Assembly (NCBI GenBank): GCA_048938445.1
Contig: JBHLME010000079.1
Coordinates: 1 to 21,369 of the forward strand
Length of the DNA: 21,369 nt
Source: Promethearchaeota archaeon
GTDB lineage: Archaea > Asgardarchaeota > Lokiarchaeia > Sigyniarchaeales > SOKP01
Direction: 5' to 3'
The notes under the pieces were generated by a model, which was not told the origin of the DNA, did not search any database, and saw only the letters and a program-made list of their open reading frames with translations. Positions 1 through 8,895 of the stretch are shown in pieces (within the stretch, counting starts at the first letter, position 1; each line of letters starts with the position of its first letter). The translations under genes and the position numbers were made by a program.

Positions 1-1
1 T

Positions 2-130
2 ATAGAGGCGCTTTGTAAGGGATGCGGTGTGTGTGGAGCCACTTGTACTAATCAAGCAATAATAATAAAGCATTTCACAAATCCGCAAATATTATCTGAA
101 ATATATATGTTTGGAGGTAAAGAAATATAA
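2..130 (+). CDS. hdrA: 3' end of an HdrA-like heterodisulfide reductase flavoprotein (C-terminal ferredoxin motif), truncated by window start
   Basis: Frame 2 reads IEALCKGCGVCGATCTNQAIIIKHFTNPQILSEIYMFGGKEI*, closely matching the C-terminus of HdrA 12538-15588 (LCKGCGVCGATCTNQALVIKHFTDQQILSQI). Stop TAA overlaps the next ATG (TAATG). Not in the ORF track. Confidence 0.9.
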   Translation: MEALCKGCGVCGATCTNQAIIIKHFTNPQILSEIYMFGGKEI

Positions 131-891
131 TGAGTTTTGAACCAAGAATATTAGGATTTTTATGTAATTGGTGTTCATACGCAGGAGCAGATTTAGCGGG
201 AGTGAGCAGAATTCAATATCCTCCAAATATTAGAGTTATAAGGGTGATGTGTAGTGGAAGAGTCGATCCTATCTTTATATTTAGAGCACTTCAACTTGGA
301 ATCGATGGGGTAATTGTTATGGGTTGCCATCCAGGGGATTGTCATTATCTTGATGGGAATTATGAAGCAGAGAAGAAATTTAAAATGGTACAAAAATTTC
401 TTGAAATCGAAAAATTTGCTAATAGAATTCGATTAGAATGGGTATCAGCATCTGAGGGAGTAAGATTCGGACAAGTAGTCACCGATTTTACTGAAACAAT
501 TAAAAATCTCGGACGTTCTCCACTCAGTGGGGATAATCCTGATACTATCTTGTTAGATAAATTAAAAGCAATGGAAAAGGCCGCTACAGGTAATAGAATG
601 AGATCCCTTGTAGGTAGGCAAAGACTAATAACAGAAGCAGAAAATGTTTATGGTGAAATAGTACCTAAAGAAAAATTTAATAATATTCTTGATTCAGCCA
701 TTCAGGATGAGTATATTCGAGCTAGAATACTTGTATCTTTAGAAAAAGATCCCAAGTCCGTGAAAGATTTAGCTTTAGAATTAGAAGTCGATCCAAGTGA
801 AGTTTTGGAGAATATCTTGATTTTAAAAGGGCGTGCTCAGTTGGATATGGCTGAAATAAAGGGGATTACCCCAATATATGTTAGAACATAG
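130..891 (+). CDS. mvhD: MvhD/FlpD-family [2Fe-2S] protein with ~120-aa C-terminal extension ending in a winged-helix-like domain
   Basis: FLCNWCSYAGAD, RVMCSGRV, GCHPGDCHY and WVSASEG motifs. Tail RILVSLEKDPKSVKDLALELEVDPSEVLENILIL has an HTH pattern. GGAGGT at 113-118. Confidence 0.9.
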   Translation: MSFEPRILGFLCNWCSYAGADLAGVSRIQYPPNIRVIRVMCSGRVDPIFIFRALQLGIDGVIVMGCHPGDCHYLDGNYEAEKKFKMVQKFLEIEKFANRIRLEWVSASEGVRFGQVVTDFTETIKNLGRSPLSGDNPDTILLDKLKAMEKAATGNRMRSLVGRQRLITEAENVYGEIVPKEKFNNILDSAIQDEYIRARILVSLEKDPKSVKDLALELEVDPSEVLENILILKGRAQLDMAEIKGITPIYVRT

Positions 892-904
892 GAGGAATGA
901 AAGA

Positions 905-3900
905 ATGGATAAAGTTGGGTCAGTTTTAGTTGTTGGTGCTGGAATTGGAGGTTCTCAGGCTTCACTAGATTTAGGAGACGCTGGATATAAAGTCTATTTA
1001 CTTGAATCCACGACAAGTATTGGTGGTGTTATGGCACAATTAGATAAGACATTCCCCACTAACGATTGTGCAATGTGTATTGTCAGCCCTAAGCTCGTTG
1101 AAACCGGTCGTCATCAAAACATTGATTTATCTATTAATACGAAAGTATTAGACGTTCAAGGTGAAGCAGGAAATTTTAAGGTAAAATTACAGAAGAAAAC
1201 TCTATATGTAAACATGGATAAATGCACGGGATGTGGTGTTTGTGGTAGAGAATGCCCTGTTGAGGCTATAGATGTTTTTAATGAAGGATTAGCAAAATAT
1301 AAAGCAACATCAGTAAAGTATCCTCAAGCAGTACCGCTTGTTTATGCTATTAATAAAGAATATTGCATTGGTTGTGGAATTTGTTTAGGTGTTTGTAAAG
1401 CCAAAGCAGTAGAATATGATCTAGAAGATGAGATAGAAGAACTTAATGTAGGAGCCATCATATTAGCTCCTGGTTTTGATGAATATATTCCTCCCGAAGT
1501 AAATAAATTTGGATATGGAATATTCAAAAATGTAGTCACGAGTATTGAGTTTGAACGCATTCTAAGTGCAAGTGGCCCTTATGCCGGTAAAATCTTACGT
1601 CCCTCTGATGGAGATGTTCCAGAAAAGGTTGCATTCCTTCAATGCATAGGCTCACGTGATTTTAGAGATGGTCAACCTTATTGTTCATCGGTATGTTGCA
1701 TGTACACTGCAAAAGAAGCAGTAATAGCAAAAGAACACATGGATCAAGTAAATCCGACAATTTTTAGCATGGATATACGAGCCTATGGAAAAGATTTTGA
1801 TAAATATATTGACCGAGCACAGGAAGAATATGGAGTTCGTTATATAAGGAGTCGCATTTCACATATAGAAGAGGATCCTAAAACTAAAGATTTAATTTTA
1901 ACTTATGAAGACGAAGATGGAACAATTATAAAGGAAAATTATAATTTAGTTGTCCTTTCAGTTGGTCTTAATCCTCCTAATGATGCAAAATATCTAGGTG
2001 AGAAATTTGGTGTGGAACTAAATGAGTTTAACTTTGTCAAGACAGACCTTTTCAATCCCGTGCAGACCTCTCGACCAGGAATTTTTGCATGTGGAGCATT
2101 TACTTCTCCAAAAGACATTCCTGAAACGGTTACACAGGCTAGTGCTGCGGCAGGATGTGTTAATCAGCTCTTATATGACCAAAGGGGAACCTTAATAACT
2201 GAAAAAACCCTCCCTCCAGAGATATTCGTTGCGGGACAGCCCCCTAGGATTGGAGCATTTATATGTCATTGTGGTATAAATATTGGAGGGTACGTTGATG
2301 TTCCCGAAGTAACCAGGTATGTAAGTACACTTCCAAATGTCGTGCTAGCTGATAGAAATTTGTATACTTGTTCGGCAGACACTCAAACAATAATAAAAGA
2401 TAAAATAAAAGAATATAATCTCAACCGTGTCATAGTTGCATCATGCACTCCTAGAACGCATGAACCATTATTTCAAGAAACTATAAGAGAAGCAGGATTA
2501 AATAGATACTTGTTTCAAATGGCAAATATAAGAGATCAATGTTCTTGGGTTCATATGCATGAACCAGTAGAAGCAACTCAGAAGGCAAAGGATTTAGTGA
2601 GGATGGCGGTAAATAAAGCCCGAGAAATACAACCTTTAGAAAGGATTAAATTAAGTGTTACACCCAAGGTTCTTGTTATAGGAGGTGGGATAAGTGGAAT
2701 GGTTGCTGCACGAAATTTTGCTAGTCAAGAACTCGAAACCTATTTAGTTGAGAAAGAAAAAGAACTTGGTGGTCATGCTCGTCATATTTATACAACTCTA
2801 GAAGGCGCAGATGTCCAAGAATATTTATCAAATTTAATAAAAGAGATTAATTCAAACAAATTTATACATGTGTATACTCAAGCTGTAATAGAAAATATTG
2901 ATGGATATATCGGAAATTTTAAAACTTCCATCATACATGGAGATAAAAAGGAACAAGTTGATTTCGAGCATGGTGCTATTATCGTTGCGACCGGTGCTGC
3001 GGAATATGAACCAAAAGAATTTTTATATAGAAAGGATGATCGAGTCATTAAACAATCTGAATTTGAAAAACTCATAAACACGACCGATGAAATCAAGAAT
3101 AAAAAATCAATTGTCATGATACAATGTGTAGGTTCAAGAAATGAAGAACATCCTTATTGTAGCAAGATGTGTTGCGCTGAAGCAATAAAGAATGCAATTA
3201 AAACAAAAGAATTAAATCCTAACACTGAAATTGTTATATTATATAGAGATATTAGAACATATGGTTTTAAAGAGCTATATTATAGAAAAGCTCGAGAAGC
3301 AGGTATCGTGTTCATTAGATTTGATAAGAAAAATCCTCCTGAAATACTTGCGAAAAAAGATACTTTAGAAGTTATTGTTGAAAATCCAAAACTTGGAAAG
3401 ATTTCAATTAATTCAGATATGTTGGTTTTGAGCGCGGGAATAGTTGCAAGAGGAGAAGAAAATGAAGAACTTGCCAAGATGCTAAAAGTTCCTATAAATG
3501 AAGATAACTTTTATCTGGAGGCACACGTGAAGCTACGCCCAGTTGATTTTGCAACTGAGGGAGTGTTCGTAGCGGGTCTTTCACATTGTCCAAAACCGAT
3601 TGAGGATTCCATATCTCAAGCAAATGCTGCGGTTTCGAGAGCATGTACGATACTTTCAAAAGATGAGATAGAAGCAGAAGGAAAGGTTGCTAGTATTGAT
3701 ATTACTAGATGTAGTGGATGTGGAATGTGTGTTGAAAATTGCGCTTATAATGCTATTGAACTAATAGTGGATAGGAGATTTGGTCTGGTAGCTTCCATTA
3801 ATCAAGCTTTATGTAAAGGTTGTGGAGCTTGTTCAGGAAATTGCAGATGTTCCGCAATAGACATTTTAGGTTTTACAGGGGATCAAATATATGAAATGAT

Positions 3901-3919
3901 TACCGGGAGGGTAGGATAA
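905..3919 (+). CDS. hdrA: Large HdrA-like flavoprotein with two FAD-binding HdrA modules and multiple [4Fe-4S] clusters
   Basis: VLVVGAGIGG, LDKTFPTNDCAMCI, CTGCGVCGRECP, EFERILSASGP, QCIGSR..YCSSVCC, FICHCG..CTPRTHE, second VIGGGISG, QCVGSR..CSKMCC, EAHVKLRPVDF and C-terminal ferredoxin. Start moved from track 878 to ATG 905, which follows GGAGG at 891-895. Confidence 0.93.
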   Translation: MDKVGSVLVVGAGIGGSQASLDLGDAGYKVYLLESTTSIGGVMAQLDKTFPTNDCAMCIVSPKLVETGRHQNIDLSINTKVLDVQGEAGNFKVKLQKKTLYVNMDKCTGCGVCGRECPVEAIDVFNEGLAKYKATSVKYPQAVPLVYAINKEYCIGCGICLGVCKAKAVEYDLEDEIEELNVGAIILAPGFDEYIPPEVNKFGYGIFKNVVTSIEFERILSASGPYAGKILRPSDGDVPEKVAFLQCIGSRDFRDGQPYCSSVCCMYTAKEAVIAKEHMDQVNPTIFSMDIRAYGKDFDKYIDRAQEEYGVRYIRSRISHIEEDPKTKDLILTYEDEDGTIIKENYNLVVLSVGLNPPNDAKYLGEKFGVELNEFNFVKTDLFNPVQTSRPGIFACGAFTSPKDIPETVTQASAAAGCVNQLLYDQRGTLITEKTLPPEIFVAGQPPRIGAFICHCGINIGGYVDVPEVTRYVSTLPNVVLADRNLYTCSADTQTIIKDKIKEYNLNRVIVASCTPRTHEPLFQETIREAGLNRYLFQMANIRDQCSWVHMHEPVEATQKAKDLVRMAVNKAREIQPLERIKLSVTPKVLVIGGGISGMVAARNFASQELETYLVEKEKELGGHARHIYTTLEGADVQEYLSNLIKEINSNKFIHVYTQAVIENIDGYIGNFKTSIIHGDKKEQVDFEHGAIIVATGAAEYEPKEFLYRKDDRVIKQSEFEKLINTTDEIKNKKSIVMIQCVGSRNEEHPYCSKMCCAEAIKNAIKTKELNPNTEIVILYRDIRTYGFKELYYRKAREAGIVFIRFDKKNPPEILAKKDTLEVIVENPKLGKISINSDMLVLSAGIVARGEENEELAKMLKVPINEDNFYLEAHVKLRPVDFATEGVFVAGLSHCPKPIEDSISQANAAVSRACTILSKDEIEAEGKVASIDITRCSGCGMCVENCAYNAIELIVDRRFGLVASINQALCKGCGACSGNCRCSAIDILGFTGDQIYEMITGRVG

Positions 3920-4372
3920 ATGAACGAAGCAGTTGTAGAAAAAAAAGTAGAGGAAAAAGAATGGACTCCAAAAATAATTGCTTTTTTATGTAATTGGTGT
4001 TCATATGCTGGAGCTGACTTAGCAGGAGTGAGCAGGATTCAATATCCTCCCACTATAAGGGTTGTTAGAGTCCCATGCTCTGGAAGAATTAATCCTTTTT
4101 TCATTATAAAAAGTTTGATGGATGGATGGGATGGTGTTGTCGTGTCAGGATGTCATCCAGGAGATTGTCATTATATCCGTGGAAATTTAGTAGCTAGAAG
4201 AAGATTTGCAATTCTAAAAGATCTATTAGATTTTTTTGGTATAGAACCTGAGAGGGTTCAATTTATGTGGGCTTCTGCTGCGGAAGGAGAACGTTTCGCT
4301 GTATTAATTAGAAAAGCTACGGAATTAGTGAAAAAAGTAGGACCAAATAATAAATTTGAGAAAAAATGGTGA
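3920..4372 (+). CDS. mvhD: MvhD/FlxD [2Fe-2S] electron-transfer subunit
   Basis: FLCNWCSYAGAD, RVPCSGRI, GCHPGDCHY, WASAAEG. First gene of an flxDCBA-like run. Confidence 0.93.
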   Translation: MNEAVVEKKVEEKEWTPKIIAFLCNWCSYAGADLAGVSRIQYPPTIRVVRVPCSGRINPFFIIKSLMDGWDGVVVSGCHPGDCHYIRGNLVARRRFAILKDLLDFFGIEPERVQFMWASAAEGERFAVLIRKATELVKKVGPNNKFEKKW

Positions 4373-4376
4373 TTAT

Positions 4377-5399
4377 ATGGGAAATATACAAGGAGATAAT
4401 AAAAAAATTGAACAATCCATGAGAGATGTAGCGCGTGATTTGCTTAAAAATAAAGAAGTAGATTTAATTATTGGTTATGCAAAGGGATCTGTCCCATTAA
4501 GCTCTTCTCCAGCTTTCATTACTAAAGAAGAGGACGTGGATAATTTAATTTGGAATAATTTATGCTATGTCAACTTGGCTAGATATATTGTTCCTCCAAT
4601 TACAGAATTCATTAATAATGAGAATGTACCACTGAAGGTAGGAATAGTATCAAAAGGATGTGTTGGTAGGAGTTTAATTCATCTAGCTAAAGAAAATCAA
4701 GTTAATCTTGAAAACATTAAAATAATAGGCATTCCATGTAATGGAATCATTAATAGAAAAAGAATCGAAAAAGAACTAGGAGAAAAAGAAATTTTTGATA
4801 TATCTGTTATTAACAATGAAATTATTGTTAAAGGAGCAGATTTTGAAAATAAATACTCATTTGATGAATATTTAAATGAACTATGTAAGACATGTAAAGT
4901 TAAATCACCACCAATGACATCACCTATGTCTGATGTTATCGCGGGAGAATCTATGGAATGCTCACAAGTTGATGATGATTTTTCTGACCTATCTCAATAT
5001 GAATCAAAAACTCCTGAAGAAAGATGGCAAGTCATTGAGGATTTATTAAGCAGTTGTACGAGATGTTATGCATGTAGAGAAGCTTGTCCCATGTGCTATT
5101 GTAATCTGTGTTTTGTAGATCAGAATAAACCGATTTGGTTTGGAAAAACAACAGAAATATCAGATATCATTTCATTCCATTTGGTTAGAGCAATGCACAT
5201 GGCAGGTCGCTGTGTTGCTTGTGGTGCATGTAGTAGTGTGTGCCCGATGGGAATTGATTTGAAATTAATCACGAGAAAATTGGAAAAAATCGTGAAAGAA
5301 AGATTTAACTTTACTTCTGGCTTGAATCCTGATATAATGCCCCCAATGATGACTCAAAAAATGAATGATTCAGAAGATTTCATGTTAGAAGAACATTAA
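4377..5399 (+). CDS. flxC: FlxC-like (FdhB-related) 4Fe-4S dicluster protein
   Basis: CTRCYACREACPMCYCNLC and HLVRAMHMAGRCVACGACSSVCP motifs; position between mvhD and an AsrA-like gene. Start set to ATG 4377 after GGTGA (track gives TTG 4356). Confidence 0.8.
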   Translation: MGNIQGDNKKIEQSMRDVARDLLKNKEVDLIIGYAKGSVPLSSSPAFITKEEDVDNLIWNNLCYVNLARYIVPPITEFINNENVPLKVGIVSKGCVGRSLIHLAKENQVNLENIKIIGIPCNGIINRKRIEKELGEKEIFDISVINNEIIVKGADFENKYSFDEYLNELCKTCKVKSPPMTSPMSDVIAGESMECSQVDDDFSDLSQYESKTPEERWQVIEDLLSSCTRCYACREACPMCYCNLCFVDQNKPIWFGKTTEISDIISFHLVRAMHMAGRCVACGACSSVCPMGIDLKLITRKLEKIVKERFNFTSGLNPDIMPPMMTQKMNDSEDFMLEEH

Positions 5400-5415
5400 T
5401 ATGGTGATAGAATAA

Positions 5416-6486
5416 ATGACTGAAAAAGTTTTAAAAAAACAGGATGTAGAAAAATTACATAAAGATTTATCACGTTATTATAATTTTTTTGCACCAACAA
5501 TGGAAAATGGTAATATAGTATTTAAAAAAATTACCGATCCTAAAGATATTTTTCTGGATTTTTTAAACTCTAAAGTTCCTCCAAAAGAAATACTCTTTCC
5601 AAAAATGGAAACATTATTTACTTATAAAATTAACGGAAAGGACATTGAAATCGAACCAGTAAAAAATTTAGATGAGAAAAATTTAATTTTCGGAGTGCGC
5701 CCTTGCGATGCTTATAGTTTCACTCTATTAGAAAATTTCTTTGGATATGGGAATTATAAAGATGATATATTTTTAGAAAAAAAGAAGAACACTATCATTA
5801 TTGGAATGGGTTGTAATCATCCAAGACAAACCTGTTTCTGCACATCTTTAGATTATGGTGGACATCCTCATAGGAAAGAAGATGTTGATATTTTTCTCAC
5901 GGATTTAGGTGATAAATATCTTGTTTGTCCAATCAGTGATACAGGAAGGGCTATCATTGACAAGTTAGCATGGTTACCTGATGCGAATAAAAAAGATTTA
6001 GCTGAAGCAGAAGACTTATTTAAAACAGTTGAAGCTTTAATGGCGCCAAAACTTGATCTTGAAGATATAGCTGAAATCCTAGAACCAAACTTTGAACATC
6101 CCCTTTGGAAGGAAATCAGTGAAAATTGTATAGGTTGCGGAACTTGTGCTTTCTTATGTCCTACATGCACCTGTTTTGATGTAGTTGATGAAAATGATCA
6201 TTATAATAACCGTGGTAAGCGAATTAGACTTTGGGACACCTGTCAGTTTTGCATTTATACACGTCATACAAGTGGACATAATCCTCGCGATTCAAAAATT
6301 GAAAGATGTAGAAATAGAATTTTGCATAAATTTAGTTATTATCCAAAAAATTATGGAATGCTTGGATGTGTTGGATGTGGTCGATGTATTCAGTTATGCC
6401 CAGTTAATAATGACCTTAGGGAAATTATCGATAAAATAAATAAAATTAAGAACAATGAGAAGGAGGCAAAAGTTATTGCAGCTTAG
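5416..6486 (+). CDS. flxB: FlxB-like (AsrA/HydB family) 4Fe-4S protein
   Basis: PPKEILFP, GVRPCD, CFCTS, CIGCGTCAFLCPTCTCF, RxWDTC, HKF and CVGCGRCIQLCP. Confidence 0.85.
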   Translation: MTEKVLKKQDVEKLHKDLSRYYNFFAPTMENGNIVFKKITDPKDIFLDFLNSKVPPKEILFPKMETLFTYKINGKDIEIEPVKNLDEKNLIFGVRPCDAYSFTLLENFFGYGNYKDDIFLEKKKNTIIIGMGCNHPRQTCFCTSLDYGGHPHRKEDVDIFLTDLGDKYLVCPISDTGRAIIDKLAWLPDANKKDLAEAEDLFKTVEALMAPKLDLEDIAEILEPNFEHPLWKEISENCIGCGTCAFLCPTCTCFDVVDENDHYNNRGKRIRLWDTCQFCIYTRHTSGHNPRDSKIERCRNRILHKFSYYPKNYGMLGCVGCGRCIQLCPVNNDLREIIDKINKIKNNEKEAKVIAA

Positions 6487-7318
6487 TGCTTATATTCCTT
6501 ATTTAACATCTATAAAATCCATAGTTAGTGAAAATGGAGTTAATGATATTAAAACATTTGAATTAGTGTTTAAGAATAAAGAAGATGAAGAAAAATTTGA
6601 TTACATTCCAGGACAATTTGCTGAAATAAGCATGATAGGAAAAGGAGAATGCCCTATAGGAATTGCTTCCTCTCCTACTGAAAAAGGATCTATCAAATTC
6701 ACTATAAAGAAAATGGGAACGGTTACCACGGCAATTCATAATGCTGAAATTGGAGACGTTGTAGGTGTGAGAGGACCATTAGGAAATGGGTGGCCCATTG
6801 AAGATTTAAAAGGTAAGAACATTATCGTGATAGGTGGAGGATTTGCCTTTTCTACATTACGGTCTCTCGTGGAATACATGATAACTGATGATAATAGAAA
6901 TGATTTTAAAGAAATCACGGTAATTTATGGAAATAGAAACTGTTCAGAAATCCTCTATCAAGAGGATTTAATGAGATGGGAAAAAAGAGAAGATGTTGAC
7001 GTAGCACTTACAATTGACTGCGCTGAGGAAGGTTGGGACGGAAAAGTGGGTTTTGTTGCCCCTATAGTAGAAGCCGTGAGTCCATCACCAGATAATGCTA
7101 TAGCAATAGTCTGTGGTCCCCCTATAATGATCAGGACTACTGAAGCAGTATTAGAAAAATTGAACTTCAAACCGGACCAAATTTTAGAATCTTTAGAAAA
7201 TCGGATGAAATGCGGAATTGGCAAGTGTGGTAGGTGTAATATAGGAGAAAAATTCGTATGCGTGGATGGTCCTGTGTTTTCTAAAGAAGAATTAAATAAA
7301 ATGCCAAAAGAGTATTAA
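6476..7318 (+). CDS. flxA: FlxA-like (AsrB/HydG/PyrK family) FAD/NAD(P)-binding [2Fe-2S] oxidoreductase
   Basis: PGQF, RGPLGNG, GGGF, YGNR, CGPPIM and ENRMKCGIGKCGRC..CVDGPVF. In-frame TTG at 6476 lies 9 nt after AGGAGG (track start 6455). Confidence 0.88.
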   Translation: MQLSAYIPYLTSIKSIVSENGVNDIKTFELVFKNKEDEEKFDYIPGQFAEISMIGKGECPIGIASSPTEKGSIKFTIKKMGTVTTAIHNAEIGDVVGVRGPLGNGWPIEDLKGKNIIVIGGGFAFSTLRSLVEYMITDDNRNDFKEITVIYGNRNCSEILYQEDLMRWEKREDVDVALTIDCAEEGWDGKVGFVAPIVEAVSPSPDNAIAIVCGPPIMIRTTEAVLEKLNFKPDQILESLENRMKCGIGKCGRCNIGEKFVCVDGPVFSKEELNKMPKEY

Positions 7319-7339
7319 AAAGTAAGAGGGAATGTAAAG

Positions 7340-8464
7340 ATGAGTAAATCAAAAGTAGTTGATGAAGTTCTTCCTAAATCCTTTGAAGATTTAATAAAAG
7401 AAGTACATGATAAGGGAATATGTGGAGAATGTGGAGGGTGCGTGAGTTTTTGTTCCGCTGCTGAACTGAAGGCAATAGAGATGTCAGAATCTGGACCTCC
7501 TAAATATAGTAATAAGGATAATTGTCTTCATTGTGGACTATGTTACTTGGTATGTCCTCAAACATACGTGTTAAATGAGGAGTTGAATGACCGGTTTAAA
7601 TATAAAATATCGATTGGCAATCAGAAAAAAATATCATCGAGTCAAGCAACTTCCGATGAAATCCTAAAAAAAGCTACAGATGGTGGTGTGGTAACTGCAA
7701 TTTTAACCTATCTTTTAGACAAAAATTATATTCAAGGAGCTCTCGTGTGTAAAGAAAAAGGTCCATTTAATAGAGTTCCCTTTTTTGCTACTACGAGAGA
7801 TGATCTAATAGAGTCTGCTGGTTCTCATTTTGACTTATCTAAACAAGTAAGTGGCTTAGAACATTATGACACGTTCATACCAACCATCACGAAATTGAAA
7901 AAAGTCGTAGGGAAGGACATGATGAATATTGCTGTGGTTGGAACACCTTGTCAAATCCATTCGATACGAAAAATGCAGGAATTGAGCATACTTCCCGCAC
8001 ATGTTGTTAAATATACTTTAGGATTGTTTTGCAACTTTAACTTTTCTTTTGGAGAAGATGCACGCAAAAAAATGGAAGATAAATATGGCTTCTCTTTTGA
8101 TGACGTCGAAAAAATGAATATTAAAGAATCCTTAACTTTAGAATTAAAAAATCAAGAAACAATCCTAATTGATTTTGATGATTTAAATGATATTGCTCGA
8201 CACGCATGCTTTGCTTGTAGAGATTTTTCCAATGTATATGCAGATATCTCCTTTGGCGGATTAGGTTCCCGAGAAAAGTATACTACGACAGTAATTAGAA
8301 CTGATGTGGGTGAAGAAATTTATAATAATGCGCTAAAAGAAGGTTATATTCGAGAACCTTCGGAATTAAACACTTCGGTAAAAAAATCAGAGATGTTGGC
8401 AAAAATCATAAGTTTTGGTAAAAGAAAATTTGAGCGATATAAAAAATCTTTAAGTTATAGATAA
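7340..8464 (+). CDS. frhB: FrhB/FpoF-family coenzyme F420-interacting flavoprotein with N-terminal ferredoxin domain
   Basis: CGECGGCVSFC, CLHCGLCYLVCP, DGGVVTAIL, VGTPCQI, LGLFC, CFACRDF..YADISFG, TTVIRT. Confidence 0.85.
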   Translation: MSKSKVVDEVLPKSFEDLIKEVHDKGICGECGGCVSFCSAAELKAIEMSESGPPKYSNKDNCLHCGLCYLVCPQTYVLNEELNDRFKYKISIGNQKKISSSQATSDEILKKATDGGVVTAILTYLLDKNYIQGALVCKEKGPFNRVPFFATTRDDLIESAGSHFDLSKQVSGLEHYDTFIPTITKLKKVVGKDMMNIAVVGTPCQIHSIRKMQELSILPAHVVKYTLGLFCNFNFSFGEDARKKMEDKYGFSFDDVEKMNIKESLTLELKNQETILIDFDDLNDIARHACFACRDFSNVYADISFGGLGSREKYTTTVIRTDVGEEIYNNALKEGYIREPSELNTSVKKSEMLAKIISFGKRKFERYKKSLSYR

Positions 8465-8469
8465 GGAAA

Positions 8470-8490
8470 ATTTCTTACTCTTATTTTTTT
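8470..8490 (+). terminator. Candidate archaeal oligo-T terminator of operon 1
   Basis: Pyrimidine run TTTCTTACTCTTATTTTTTT just after the frhB-like stop. Confidence 0.4.
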
Positions 8491-8619
8491 ATAATCTCTA
8501 ATCCTTTAACTTGATAATATACTTATATATTATGAATATTAAAGTTCTAATATTAATTAACTAATATATTGCATAATATTTTATTAAGAATGATCATCTG
8601 AATTTTTATTTTCATTATT

Positions 8620-8633
8620 TTTACAATTGTAAA
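8620..8633. promoter_or_regulatory. Perfect 14-bp palindrome, candidate operator
   Basis: TTTACAATTGTAAA is its own reverse complement and lies in the spacer upstream of operon 2. The AT-rich background weakens its significance. Confidence 0.3.
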
Positions 8634-8895
8634 TGATCAAGTAAAGACATAATGATCGAATATTATCGCCCTTTCCTGACAGTTTTTTCTATTTCAATAA
8701 TATTTGAATGAAATATTATCGGAATCAAAAATTTTTTAGCTGAAAATTTCTGAAATTGATCATTGCTTTTAAATATGATGGTGTAATTCATAATTATTGG
8801 GAAAATTTTTACAAAAAAGTAATTCAATAAAAAGTGCAAAATTTGCGACTTTTAATTATTCAATTAGAATTTTAGCATAGAGGAGATAATGTAAA

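Noticed and set aside
5416-7318. Anaerobic sulfite reductase AsrAB or sulfhydrogenase HydBG
   Set aside because: No asrC or NiFe hydrogenase subunits are adjacent. The context after hdrA-mvhD-flxC fits Flx.
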